Assembly: GCA_951406725.2 (NCBI GenBank)
Contig: OX597818.1
Coordinates: forward strand, 47,306,001-47,370,000
Source: Octopus vulgaris
Lineage: Eukaryota
Direction of reading: 5' to 3'
Length of the DNA: 64,000 bases
Part shown: piece by piece, positions 52,001-60,800 of the stretch
Position numbering within the stretch: the first letter of the stretch is position 1
How the letters are laid out: each line of letters opens with the position of its first letter
The notes under the pieces: generated by a model
Told to the model about the DNA's origin: nothing
Database searches by the model: none
What the model saw: only the letters and a program-made list of their open reading frames with translations
Made by a program: the position numbers and the translations under genes

Positions 52001-54950
52001 TTCAACTATTTAGCTTTTGGTCAAGAGACTTGTCATACAGAAAGTAAAATTCATATTTTTGGCTGTAACTTTTGTGCTACCACTATCAGCCACCAGGGTG
52101 GCACAGCTCCACTATAGTTTATCATCTATCCATTGCAAATGGCCAACAGGCAGATGAAAGTTAAACATTTTTTCATCTTTCCAGGAAAATTTTTCATTTA
52201 ATAATAAACAGATAGGCACAGGAGTGGCTGTGTAGTAAGTAGCTTGCTTACGAACCACATGGTTCCGGGTTCAGTCCCAGTGTGTGACACCTTGGGCAAA
52301 CGTCTTCTACTATAGCCTCAAGCTGACCAAAGCCTTGTGAGTGGATTTAGTAGATGGAAACTGAAAGAATCCCATCACACACACACACACATATATATAT
52401 GTGTGTGTGTGTGTATGTTGGTGTGTTTACGTCCCCGTAACTTAGCGGTTCGGCATAAAGAAACCAATAGAATAAGTACTAGGCTTACAAAGAACAAGTC
52501 CTGGGGTGGATTTGTTCAACTAAAGGCAGTGCTCCAGCATGACCACATGTCTTATGCATTAGAAAATACAGTATGTGAGGTCTGATGATACAAGCTGGCT
52601 ACAAAAATTGGATATTCTAAATTAAATTAGCTGTTATAGAAACAAATGAAAAAATGAAAGAAATGAAAGATGTTTCTTAAAGATAGTCATTGAATAATTT
52701 AAACTGTGCATCAGGTGTGGGTTATGTATACTGAAGGAGGAGGTATAGGATGATGTGACCTTCCTATATAACAGCCAGGGTACTGTAAGCAATTTTTTTA
52801 AAGTTTGTGCTTAGTGTGGTAATGTGGTCTTTTCAATACTTTAATTTTAAAATAAAGCAGTGAGCTGGCTGAATTGTAAATGTGCCAAGCAAAATGCCTA
52901 GGGGTATTTTGTCTGTCTTTACATTCTATGTTCAAATGCCGCTGGGGCCATCTTTACCTTTCATCCTTTTAGGGTCAATAAAATAAGTACCAGTTGAACA
53001 TTGGTATTGATTCTGTTGAGTCTGGTGAGAGTCATTTTCTTTTTATGCCTGACCGGTAAAATTTCCACTTATTTCTTATTTTCATTTTCCTAAGGTCTTG
53101 CAACCTTTTCAATTGTCTAATGTTACATTATAAGGCACAAAAAGAAAATGACTCTCCCCAGACACAACAGAATATACTTCAACACACAAACTCATATAAA
53201 GAATCATGCAAACCAAATCCCAAAACTGGTATTGATGTAATCAATCTACTCCCTCCTCTGAACTTTCTGGCCTTGTGCTAAAATTTGAAACCAATATTTT
53301 AGTATTAATTATAATGATTGTGTCTTGTGGACTTACGCTCATGCAGCTCGTTAGCCTAAAACACTGTCTCCCATCTGTCATACAGCTGCATTAAACATGC
53401 AGCAGTTTCTTTGTATATTTAGAAAAAATGTCTTGTGTGCTGGTAGATATAGTATTTCCTTCTTGAGACCAGATATCATTTGTTATGCATTTTAATTTAA
53501 ATTCCAAAGTCTAGACTTCCTTCTGACTTAATTTCATATTTTAACGTTAAGATTTACTCTGGAGATGTGACATTTACTTTTCAGCATTTTAATATATTTT
53601 TTTCCTGTTTATCTTTGAAGGGTTGTGGCAGAGCAATTGTAAATCTTGTCGAAGAACGTCTTCTCCTTATTACTGGAATAGTGGTTGCTATTCTAGGATT
53701 ACAGGTAAATAAAATTAATTTCATCAAATTCATCCCATTATATTCAATGTTTTGCATCTGATGTGTTACCATACTGTTACTGAACAAAGTATTCAGCTTC
53801 CTGAGGTGCTTGGTAAAAGTCACCCAAGGTGCCATGCAGCAGGATCAGATCCTGAGCCCTATAGTTCCGAGGTGAACTTAACCATTCAACCATGCCTGCC
53901 CCTTCATTTATATCATATTATACTGAGAAATACTGCATCTTATTATACAGTATAATATACATATACATGTGAAGGTGCATGTCTCAGTGGTTAGAACATC
54001 GAGCTTACAATCGTGAGGTTGTGAGCTCGAATCCCGGACCGGGCTTTGTGTTGTGTTCTTGAGCAAGACACTTTATTTCACGTTACTCCAGTTCTCTCAG
54101 CTCTAGAAATGAGTTGCGATGTCACGGGTGCCAAGCTGTATCAGCCTTTGCCTTTCCCACTGGTGGCATGGAGAGGGGAGGCTAGTATGTATGGGCAACT
54201 GCTGTTCTTCCATAAACAACCTTGCTCAGACTTGTGCCTGGGAGGGTACCTTTCTAGGTGCAATCCCATGGTCAGTCGTGACCGAATGGGGTCTCAGATA
54301 CTGAGAAAGAAGTGATGACAGAAAAAATAGTACCAGACTGGAATTTTCTAAGCTTTGTACTTGGAGTCAAGTTGATCAATTGTATTCACTTTCTTAAAAG
54401 CTTTCTCTATGTTTAAATAAAATAAATCAAAACATTTGAAGAATGTTTTCAACAAGAAATAGCATGAACAAAAGCATTTATTGATTCCCATTTGATAACT
54501 TTTCAGACAAAAATTTTTGAATATTTCAAGTAACAGGGTTATCATTATGGCTAACCTTCATTCGATATTTTTGTTTTTCTTAGTTTTCAACTTGTTTCAT
54601 TCATTGCATTTTTTATACTGATTACTTACTAGAATAAACAGTAAATAATTTGTGTTATAGTCAATTAATTTACCACCTAGCTATAAATTCTAATCTTTTT
54701 TCTTTGATACCAAAAAAATATTTTCATAAATTTGGCTGTTTTAATCTACCCAGTGTTTGTCTGTACTTAATAAAAATCTGTTCATTGTCTGATTATTTTT
54801 CAGCTATTTGGGTTCCTTTTCATTGTATTGCTTATTTGTTACCTGCGGAAACCGCCACCTCAGCAGCCTGATGATGTAGTGTACGAGATGGCTCGCACTC
54901 AAGAGAAAGCTCCATATCCAACTCGTGGAAACACTTACTCCAATTTGTAA
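7409..54950 (+). CDS. Tetraspanin (6-Cys EC2 type), spliced, 5'-incomplete: join(7409..7609,29514..29588,40413..40517,47700..47876,53621..53704,54804..54950)
   Basis: Six exons with AG acceptors and GT donors, all phase 0, join into an open 262-aa frame ending in TAA. The protein has four hydrophobic segments, the TM2 motif FGIIGCVGA, a polar E in TM3 (FLLEVAG), EC2 motifs CCG, PLSCC and GC, and a polar Q in TM4. The orthologue cannot be assigned without a search. Confidence 0.95.
8249..8790 (+). mobile_element. Tandem repeat (period 339 nt, about 1.6 copies) with hammerhead ribozyme; non-LTR retrozyme-like
   Basis: 8249-8450 aligns by eye with 8588-8790; the hammerhead 3' half is present in both copies. 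Confidence 0.7.
8562..8613 (+). ncRNA. Type I hammerhead ribozyme motif (G12 to A variant)
   Basis: gtgcta CTGATGA gctt-tgatttc-aagc aAAA ttggc-tt-gccag TT tagtac. All three stems pair; the upstream copy keeps gcGAAA at 8249-8254. Confidence 0.8.
9078..9373. repeat. Long imperfect palindrome (about 135-bp arms) of a dispersed DNA element; fragments also at 13851-13900 and 53020-53221
   Basis: tattctgttgtgtctgggga...caatagtcttgactc / gagtcaagactattg...tccccagacacaacagaata with a 19-nt spacer. Confidence 0.85.
10015..10378 (-). mobile_element. RTE 3'-end retrocopy (family C), tail-to-tail with an older copy at about 9830-10010
   Basis: Reverse complement of the 3' UTR of the LINE at 36000-38175. 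Confidence 0.85.
10386..10617. mobile_element. pogo/Tigger-like MITE
   Basis: Imperfect TIRs tagtaatccctcaactatcac / cacgatatggcaaggggttattg, TA-flanked, with subterminal gtgaacc/tgtgata repeats. Confidence 0.55.
10961..11332 (+). mobile_element. tRNA-derived SINE family A (CORE-like box, internal TA/TG microsatellite)
   Basis: A-box-like tagctgtgtggt, B-box-like ggttcagtcc, CORE-like ccttgggcaagt, tail gtaaaagag; many copies in the window. Confidence 0.85.
12034..12252. repeat. (CT)n-rich microsatellite
   Basis: Directly visible. Confidence 0.95.
12540..12882. mobile_element. Penelope-like terminal-repeat foldback inserted in (TA)n
   Basis: Arms 12625-12742 and 12763-12880 (118 bp, one mismatch); minimal hammerhead at the apex; TA microsatellite on both sides. 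Confidence 0.65.
12751..12787 (+). ncRNA. Minimal type I hammerhead ribozyme with intact core
   Basis: ccac CTGACGA atg-aaga-cat GAAA cgattg TA gtgg: stem I ccac/gtgg, stem II atg/cat, self-complementary stem III acgattgt, GUA cleavage triplet 12781-12783. Confidence 0.8.
13491..13614. repeat. 42-bp inverted repeat enclosing a truncated hammerhead remnant on the minus strand
   Basis: 13491-13532 vs 13573-13614 (3 mismatches); the loop on the minus strand reads TGA a ggctg-gagggtgtat-cagcc aAAA tg TT gtgt. Confidence 0.65.
13636..13850. mobile_element. piggyBac-type MITE, family 1
   Basis: TTAA|ccctttcgttac...gtaacaaaaggg|TTAA. Confidence 0.85.
15535..16099 (-). mobile_element. Internally deleted mariner (mellifera-like), 565 bp
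   Basis: TA-flanked 30-bp TIRs ttgg(a/g)ttgtccggaaagttcgtgccgattt; inverted sister copy of 46851-47416. Confidence 0.92.
16545..16950 (-). mobile_element. SINE family A, full length
   Basis: Reverse complement of the 25132-25538 type sequence. Confidence 0.88.
17215..17737 (+). mobile_element. tRNA-derived SINE family D, full length with TSD
   Basis: Head tggaggtgcaatggcccagtgg...gattctc; 14-bp TSD tattactttttcct at 17201-17214 and 17738-17751. Confidence 0.88.
18770..19131 (+). mobile_element. SINE family A, 3'-truncated
   Basis: Matches family A up to aagacagtgct, then switches to duplicated DNA. Confidence 0.85.
19129..19653 (+). repeat. Direct duplicate of 16847-17370 (SINE A head + unique spacer + SINE D 5' part)
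   Basis: About 265 bp of unique AT-rich spacer is shared almost base for base; only the left TSD of SINE D is present in this copy. Confidence 0.92.
19711..19931. mobile_element. piggyBac-type MITE, family 1
   Basis: TTAA|ccctttcattac...gtaacgaaaggg|TTAA. Confidence 0.85.
20577..20986 (-). mobile_element. SINE family A, full length
   Basis: Reverse complement match to family A. Confidence 0.88.
21168..21713. repeat. Compound (TA)n/(CA)n microsatellite
   Basis: Directly visible; source of the YI/CV/HT ORFs. Confidence 0.97.
22005..22684 (-). mobile_element. Cluster of SINE family B copies around an (AAT)n tract
   Basis: Repeated gaccccgaaaggatgaaaggcaaagtcgacctcggc core; head cagctcgctgcct at about 22672-22684. 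Confidence 0.8.
23317..23536. mobile_element. piggyBac-type MITE, family 2
   Basis: TTAA|ccctttagcattt...caccaaaggg|TTAA; related copy at about 56229-56394. Confidence 0.75.
23674..23892. mobile_element. piggyBac-type MITE, family 1 (opposite orientation)
   Basis: TTAA|ccctttcgttac...gtattgaaaggg|TTAA. Confidence 0.85.
23914..24117 (+). mobile_element. Short mariner-derived MITE (transposase C-terminus only)
   Basis: Inverted ends aagttcctggcttt / aaagccaggaactt; encodes [21 protein letters not shown], typical of mariner C-termini. Confidence 0.7.
24173..24408 (-). mobile_element. SINE family B, young full-length copy with TSD
   Basis: tRNA-like head ggcggcgagctggcagaa...gagttcaaatt; 16-bp TSD ctgatttacagtataa at 24157-24172 and 24407-24422. 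Confidence 0.9.
25132..25538 (+). mobile_element. SINE family A, full length
   Basis: Head aggtgcaggagtggctgtgtggt to tail (gtaaaaga)2. Confidence 0.9.
25700..26760 (+). pseudogene. Degraded 3' part of a restriction-like-endonuclease LINE (Hero/R2-group-like)
   Basis: Disrupted frames give [10 protein letters not shown], a CCHC-like [14 protein letters not shown], and [15 protein letters not shown]...[16 protein letters not shown] (EVGCRGF at 26574-26594). Confidence 0.75.
27393..27710 (+). mobile_element. SINE with family D head and a different 3' half, with TSD
   Basis: TSD atcca(t/c)agtagaa at 27380-27392 and 27711-27723. Confidence 0.85.
27807..28935 (-). pseudogene. Degraded Tc1/mariner-superfamily transposase (maT/DD37D-like), interrupted by SINE B
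   Basis: Minus-strand pieces [41 protein letters not shown] and QDSAP with frameshifts. Confidence 0.7.
28531..28758 (-). mobile_element. SINE family B with TSD
   Basis: 16-bp TSD tcatttccaaatttct at 28515-28530 and 28759-28774. Confidence 0.9.
29120..29370 (+). mobile_element. CR1-type LINE 3'-terminal fragment
   Basis: [33 protein letters not shown]-like C-terminus followed by a short (aactt)n tail. Confidence 0.7.
29514..29588 (+). CDS. Tetraspanin exon (TM3)
   Basis: Polypyrimidine tract + ccag|TTC...GAG|gtaagg; 75 nt; [25 protein letters not shown]. Confidence 0.93.
30738..31000. repeat. (CT)n/(CTTT)n microsatellite
   Basis: Directly visible. Confidence 0.95.
32979..34615. repeat. 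1.6-kb pyrimidine-rich array: (CT)n punctuated by GTCA
   Basis: Directly visible; source of the 560-619 aa SL-rich ORFs. Confidence 0.97.
34617..34920 (+). mobile_element. SINE family B tandem remnants
   Basis: gtcgactttgcctttcatcc core and the family B tail. Confidence 0.75.
35776..36000. repeat. (TA)n/(CA)n microsatellite at the LINE 5' junction
   Basis: Directly visible. Confidence 0.95.
36001..38175 (+). mobile_element. 5'-truncated RTE-clade LINE (RT C-terminal part, C4HC3 finger, 3' UTR, (GAT)n tail)
   Basis: RT motifs [37 protein letters not shown] and LLYADDL. Frameshift near 36410; RTE-type C-terminus [10 protein letters not shown]...[10 protein letters not shown]; TGA at 37303-37305. 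Confidence 0.95.
37438..37890 (+). repeat. About 160-bp tandem repeat (about 2.8 copies) in the LINE 3' UTR
   Basis: Units start at 37438, 37603 and 37762. Confidence 0.9.
39090..39432 (-). mobile_element. SINE family A
   Basis: Reverse complement match to family A; tail missing. Confidence 0.85.
39715..39982 (+). mobile_element. RTE 3'-end retrocopy (family C variant) inside an older RTE remnant
   Basis: (GAT)n tail; the downstream flank encodes PTGRRPKGR...RWLDNI. Confidence 0.75.
40413..40517 (+). CDS. Tetraspanin exon (EC2 helices A-B)
   Basis: tttcag|TTT...AAA|gtaagt; 105 nt; [35 protein letters not shown] (D-x-x-Q preceding CCG). Confidence 0.93.
40601..41640. repeat. Minisatellite, 40 x 26 bp, consensus TAAAAAGCACTGGTGTTGGTGCCACG
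   Basis: 1040 nt in register; variation almost confined to two triplets. Confidence 0.97.
41954..42465 (-). mobile_element. SINE family A with a 55-bp RTE tail fragment inserted in its microsatellite
   Basis: catcatcgtttaacgtccgttttccatgctagcatgggttggacgg at about 42201-42255. Confidence 0.85.
43769..44328 (-). mobile_element. RTE 3'-end retrocopy (family C) with a 67-bp internal tandem repeat
   Basis: ggtgcttt recurs at 44003, 44070, 44137, 44204 and 44271. Confidence 0.88.
46851..47416 (+). mobile_element. Internally deleted mariner (mellifera-like), 566 bp
   Basis: TA TSD; 30-bp TIRs with one mismatch; N-terminus [15 protein letters not shown] fused out of frame to C-terminus [35 protein letters not shown]...NGSYLDD. 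Confidence 0.95.
47700..47876 (+). CDS. Tetraspanin exon (EC2 variable region)
   Basis: ttcag|CTG...AAA|gtaagt; 177 nt; [59 protein letters not shown]. Confidence 0.96.
47904..48291 (-). mobile_element. Non-autonomous Helitron-like element (Lep1-type architecture)
   Basis: Minus strand starts A|TCTCTCTATATATATAAAGC and ends with an imperfect hairpin ccagagcaatgccggg then CTAG; no TSD. Confidence 0.6.
49585..49983 (+). mobile_element. RTE 3'-end retrocopy (family C)
   Basis: Matches 37900-38175; (GAT)n tail. Confidence 0.88.
50255..50463 (-). mobile_element. SINE family B variant
   Basis: gaccccgaaaggatgaaaggcaaagt core. Confidence 0.8.
50882..51043 (+). mobile_element. RTE 3'-end retrocopy (family C variant)
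   Basis: Near-identical to 39825-39982. Confidence 0.85.
52214..52547 (+). mobile_element. SINE family A, 3'-truncated
   Basis: Ends at gctccagcatgaccaca, followed by an inverted copy of local DNA. Confidence 0.85.
53621..53704 (+). CDS. Tetraspanin exon (end of EC2, start of TM4)
   Basis: tgaag|GGT...CAG|gtaaat; 84 nt; [28 protein letters not shown]. Confidence 0.94.
53971..54295 (+). mobile_element. tRNA-derived SINE sharing its 3' half with 17545-17730
   Basis: Head ctcagtggttag...ctcgaatccc; core gtgttcttgagcaagacact; 3' part ggtgccaagctgtatc...gtgcaatcccatggtca. Confidence 0.8.
54804..54950 (+). CDS. Tetraspanin last coding exon (end of TM4, cytoplasmic tail, stop)
   Basis: tttcag|CTA...TAA; [48 protein letters not shown]. 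Confidence 0.92.
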   Translation, partial: LFGFLFIVLLICYLRKPPPQQPDDVVYEMARTQEKAPYPTRGNTYSNL

Positions 54951-56228
54951 CTGCTCCTGAAAGCGACTTTTACCACTGGTCAAGCCTAATGCAACAGTGA
55001 CCTGTTATTACACTAGATGACCACTTCGTGTGAATATTTTGTGTATAAAGTTGGTTTACCAGTGGAAAAAATGTCCTGGAGGTATCTGTCTGGTACCAAA
55101 TGGGTAATATCAATATAAAAGAAAAAAATTGAAAGAGAACTATAGCCTCAATATAGTTTGTCAATCCTAATCATGGATTTTTAAAACTGCTACAAAAGTC
55201 TCATTGTGTAACTTTTTCTCCTCACAACTTATTTCTTTAAGAAACAAAAAAGTTATATTGTGACTAAGTATTGTTGACTTCATTTACTTTCCCTGGCTTA
55301 TTTTTGCAGTTGGGTTTATCTATTGCCATATTAAAAAAAAAAAAAAAAAAACCTGAATTTGTATAGTCTCTCTTTTCCACAAAAAAAATATATATTGAGG
55401 TTCATAAAGGAAAAAGAAAAAAAAAGAGCAAAAATGTAAAGACATACCAAAATTGCAATTAATTTGCCTATCTTCACCAAGTACATTACTTCTCTACATC
55501 AGTGTTTGAAATCATTTCTCATCTCAAATTTCAATCCAAATATATTTTTATTTGGTGTATATTTATTCTTTACATAATAGTTTACTAAACATTCATATGG
55601 AAAAATAATTCTTTTAAATGTAAGCAAAACTCGAATGAAACAATATCAAAAGATAAAAAAAAGAGTATTAAAAATATTATTAAAGAAGAAAAAAAAATAA
55701 TTTTTAACATTGAAGACATTTAAACATGAAATTTCTTTAGGAGATACAGAAAGACGGTACTTGGTTTACCATTTTAAGAAGTCATAATAGTAATACTGAA
55801 TGCTTACTTTAATTCTATTGCTGATTATAATTAAAAGCTCATCTTTTAGCCCAACTTCAAACTTTAATAACCATTTACTTTTGAATTAAAAACAAAACTG
55901 GAACTTATCTTAATTATTGGTCGGCAAATGTGATTTTAAATGGGATGAGATGATAAAGGAGGAAATGTTATGCCATTAATGTTACATGTGTCTAAAATGT
56001 TCTGAGACCTTATGATTCTATTCATAAATGCATACACTGAAATTTCAAATGGTTAAAAGCTTATAACTATTTTTAATTGAGAATCAATTATAAATTATAT
56101 TGAAAAAAAAAAAACAAATATTTATTTTGTTGCATCTTTTCCTTAAAGATATTCTGCCAAAAAGATTTATCCCAATTAATCCAAAGTTGATTATAATGGA
56201 GTGAAATCTTAAGCAATTATCAGTCCAA

Positions 56229-56394
56229 CCCTTTAGCATTCAGATTTACTGTCAAATGTAATTCTTATTTATTCACATTGTTTTGAATTAATCATGTGTT
56301 ATCTCATTGCTTTGAGATTTCAATGATGTGACATTGTATGACATTGTAGGGTGTGTGTGAAAGGCTGGATATGGCCAGTTTAAATGCTAAAGGG
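56229..56394. mobile_element. piggyBac-type MITE, family 2
   Basis: ccctttagcatt...aatgctaaaggg|TTAA. Confidence 0.7.
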
Positions 56395-57039
56395 TTAATT
56401 ATAGGAAACTAGTGTTAAGAAACTTTGTCAGCACAAAATTCTAATTAAGATAATTAATAATGGCAGCAAGCAGTCCTTTTTTTAATGATTTAAGCTTCTC
56501 CTTTCCTCTCCATTTTCTGGTACCTTAAAATACTCATGGAATGGATTTGATTCTCTTTGAATGAAATACATCTAAATCTTTGTGTTCATTACAAAATTTC
56601 ACCATTGATTTAAAAAACAAAAAAAACATTGTAATATTATGGAATTAGCCTTTATACAATTATGTTAACATTTATAGGTGTTCGTTCTGTCTTTGGGAAG
56701 ATATTTTTGTAGCATGTTACATCCAGGAAATAGTGCTAAAAATACGTTACAGTGGAAAAGGTACTCTGTAGAAATTTAAATGTTCCACATTAACAAGTGG
56801 TGCTACCTTAAAACTATTCTACTAGCGGGCACGTTGCCAAAGTGGTCCCCATTAGAGGAATGAACTCTGTAGATTGTTTATAAATTGTGATGATGTTACT
56901 GCTAAAATGTTTCCCATCACTATCAAAGTAATCCCATTTGGTCTGAATTAACTCATTAATACTAAATTAATAACAAAATATTGGTATTTATTACCACCTG
57001 GTGAATTTACTGCCATTATTGTCCTGGATGTTAGGACAG

Positions 57040-57463
57040 TGGATGGCATAAATGTTAGTGCTGAATTAGATTGCCTTACAGTATATAGTTATGTTCCAAG
57101 TTCCAATCCCATCAAAATTGACTTTGCCTTTCACCCTTCTGGGTTAATAAAATAAGCATCAGTGAAGTCAGTCGATTCATTCAACTAAACTCCTTCCCCC
57201 TGCAAATGTATGTGGCCTTGCGCCAGATTTAGAAATTATTATTACGAGGGCAGTGAGCTGGTAGAATTGTTAGTATACCGAACTAGCAAAATGCTTAGCA
57301 GCATTTCTCCCAGCTTTATGTTCTGAGTTCAAATGCCGCCAAGGTCGACTTGCCTTTCGTCCTTATGGGGTTGATAAAAATATGTACCAGTTGAATACTG
57401 GGGTCGATGTATTCAACTTTTCCATCCCCTCAAAATTATTGGCCTTGTGCCGAAAAATTAGAA
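57040..57463 (+). mobile_element. Two older SINE family B-related copies
   Basis: gactttgcctttca core occurs twice. Confidence 0.7.
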
Positions 57464-57846
57464 TAATAATAATTATTATTATTATTATTATTATCATTAT
57501 TATTCAGTATGATTTAAATCAAACTGGATTCTAATAATATATGGTGATTTGATTTTAAGAATGAGTCTCAGTAAAAACAAAGAAACAAAAAAAAAAAGCA
57601 AAAACAAACTATTCAATAAGAACTTATTCTTTCAATGTGGAATATTAAAAGAGTGAAGTGTCTCTTTCATTTTGCCTTCAACAAGTGAAGTTTTGGTTCA
57701 GTTCAACTCACTATTTGACATGTCTGTGTAAAAGTGTTGTGAGTTATATCTATTAATTATAAATATTCAGCATGTATTATTGATTGGCTTTCATTTTGAC
57801 ATTCGAACCCAAAAACAAACAAACATATATATATATATATATATAT

Positions 57847-57898
<52 letters not shown>

Positions 57899-60800
57899 TA
57901 TATCATTTACAGAAGTTATATCGGAAACAATTGTAAATATATATCATCTAGTCTTTTTATTTTTTATTTTTTTTTTTTACAAGAGACACATATTGGATTT
58001 AATCTTCGCTATAAAACAAAACGATTCATTTCAAATTTTGACCTCTGTTTGTTCTAATTCTTTGCCAAAACTATATCACGTAGGAAATGATCATAAGAGA
58101 AAGAGAAAGTGAGAGAGAGAGAGAGAGATGGGTCTTTGATACTTGCTAAGTTTACTTGGCAATTTCAGAAGATCACATGACGATGCTTATCCCTTATTTG
58201 ATTCTGTTATCAATATTGAATGGCATTTCTGTATTTTATCTTTTTTGTTTTTTTTATTTTTATATTTTCATATGTATTTTTTCAGACAAAATATTGTGGA
58301 AGGGTGGGGGGAGGTGTATGTCATGTCTATGAAGAAAAAAAATGTTATCTTAGTTTGTGTAGTTATTGGCATATTAAAAGAAATATATTACATATATAAA
58401 TATTGAAATTTATTCTGTTGCTTTTTTTTTTTACTTTTCTTTTGTAAATTTTTTTTTTATTTTTTGTAAAAAAATTTTTTTTTTTTTTAAGTGATTCAAG
58501 TACTTGATGTTATGTTAATACCTTCATTTTAGGTCATGTTGCTACAATCTTTTTTTTTTTAGCTTTGGAAAAAATGACTTGAAGACATATTCCTGAACAA
58601 CCCATGTATTTCGTGTTCTTTCCTCGTTTCCCAAAATTATTTTTACTTCATTAAAAGTCTTTCTTTTTACAGATGGCATGTATTTTAGTGTTTTTACGAT
58701 TCAGGCATTCCACTTTGAGTGTTGTTGTATTCATCTTAGTTTTATTTATTGAAAGATTAATTGCTCACATTAAGAATATCTATATTTCTGATAGATGAGA
58801 AGAACAAATTCTTTTTTTTTTTAAATAATATCACCTAAATAGCTTCTTTAACTTCATCAGGTAACAAAACATCACAGATGCAATCTCTGGATACTCTGAT
58901 TGGTTTGTCTAGTTTATTAATTCATCAGTAACATCAAAAAATTTGTATAAATGACATTATTTTAAGATGAACTTTAAAATCTGTTCTCTTGCTCAATATA
59001 TCTGAAAATTAATCTTTTCCATTTGTGGGGAGGGGCAATGACTAATCTATCCTCTTTCTATTGATTTTCTACCTCTGAGATAAAAAAAACAAAATAACTT
59101 ACTCATTCCCATACATCAAAACAACTTTCTGAATGCTTATTTTTCCATATTTCTAATTACTTTTATTTAATTATATTAGCTCTTTGATTAGACAATTATA
59201 TCATTATATATTCTTAAGGTAAAATGATATCTTTATATTAAAATTTCATAGATGGGCATCAAGGAGGAACTTTGTTTGCCTGTGAATCTGTCTATTGTGC
59301 CAGGTAAAAGAATGTTTTGGGCATGTCAAGCAAGGCAAGTAGGAAGATGTCTTTTAATCACATGGTGAAGTTACCTTTAATTCTTTATTGTAAAGCTAAA
59401 AATACCAACACATTATAACACACAATTATTTGCTATATTTGAACTGACTTTCAATTTTAATTACATGTATCCTCATTTATTACGGGTGTTTGGTTCCAAA
59501 GAAGAAAAAAAAGTTAAATGAATCAGTGACAGATGAATAGTAAAACATATGGAACAATGGATTTCATTCTGAGATCCTAAGTTGTCCTTCTAAATTAGCC
59601 ATATAACATCTCCAGGTTTTAAACATGTGTAACGATAACTGTTTCATGTTTGGAAAAAGAGTAAAATTTAATATCTGATCGGTAAAAAAAAAAAAAAAAA
59701 AAAAAGCAAAGCTATAACAAGCACAATTTTTGACTGATTTCTGTCCCGTCTTATCACAGATCAATTCACAATATGTGTAACAAGGTTTGCAATTGAGCGT
59801 ACCATGTCATCAGAAATCAGTGATGAACGGAGATAAACGAGGATAGATGTAATTACATTTATTTTGCACAGATTGAAATAGGTTTAGCTGCTATATATAT
59901 ATACATATATATCTATATATTTTTTATTTTTTTAAACCACACTTTCATCAACTAATAATTATGAAATTTATTCAACCAATCCTCTTTTTGGTCTTTTATT
60001 TTAAAAAGCACAAAAACCTTGAGAATGTCCTGGAATACTGGCAGTGCCTTGAACAGCTATTAACCTACATGATTTTTGACACTAATTGGTTACAAACCAT
60101 AACTTAGTGACACCAAATTTTCATATAATTTAAATTGTCTTGCAGAATGCCAAGTAAAACTACAATATAAATAATATGGAAAATCTCAAAAATAACTGTT
60201 CTCTTCCAAACAAACATTATGCATATTTGCATTTTGTAATGTTTAGTACTTTTTAAAATTGAATAAAAATTTATTCGGTTTAGATTTTTTTTTTTTTTTT
60301 TCCCAATAGTAAGCATATATAATCATTGTATGTTTGTAGCCTGACTCTAAGCATTCCAAAAAGTTGCTCTCTGCAGCTTCAAACTAATTATTCATATTGT
60401 ATGAGAGAAAATAGCATTTGTGAGTTAGCAATTACAAAAATGTATGGACAAATAGTTAACAAAGAAAATTGTCAAAATCATCATTGAAAGAATTCATTGA
60501 GCTGAAGATTTTGTAACAAAATATCTTTGTCTTTTTAAATATTGAAATAATTTTTTTTCTCATTTAAACTCTTTGAGCTAAGATAATTACAAAGAGGTTA
60601 TATTCCATATTTCTGAACTAGACACTTTTTTATTATGATATTAGAGTCGTTGATTTCTTAAATGTTCAGTGAATTAAAATTCATCACCTTACATGTTTCT
60701 TGGGCAGAGAGAAAGAGAGAGATATTGGCATAATTTCTAGTCTTGAACATTACCATATTTAATTTGGTGCTTCACATTTCTGTTTCAGTCCTGTTGAAGT

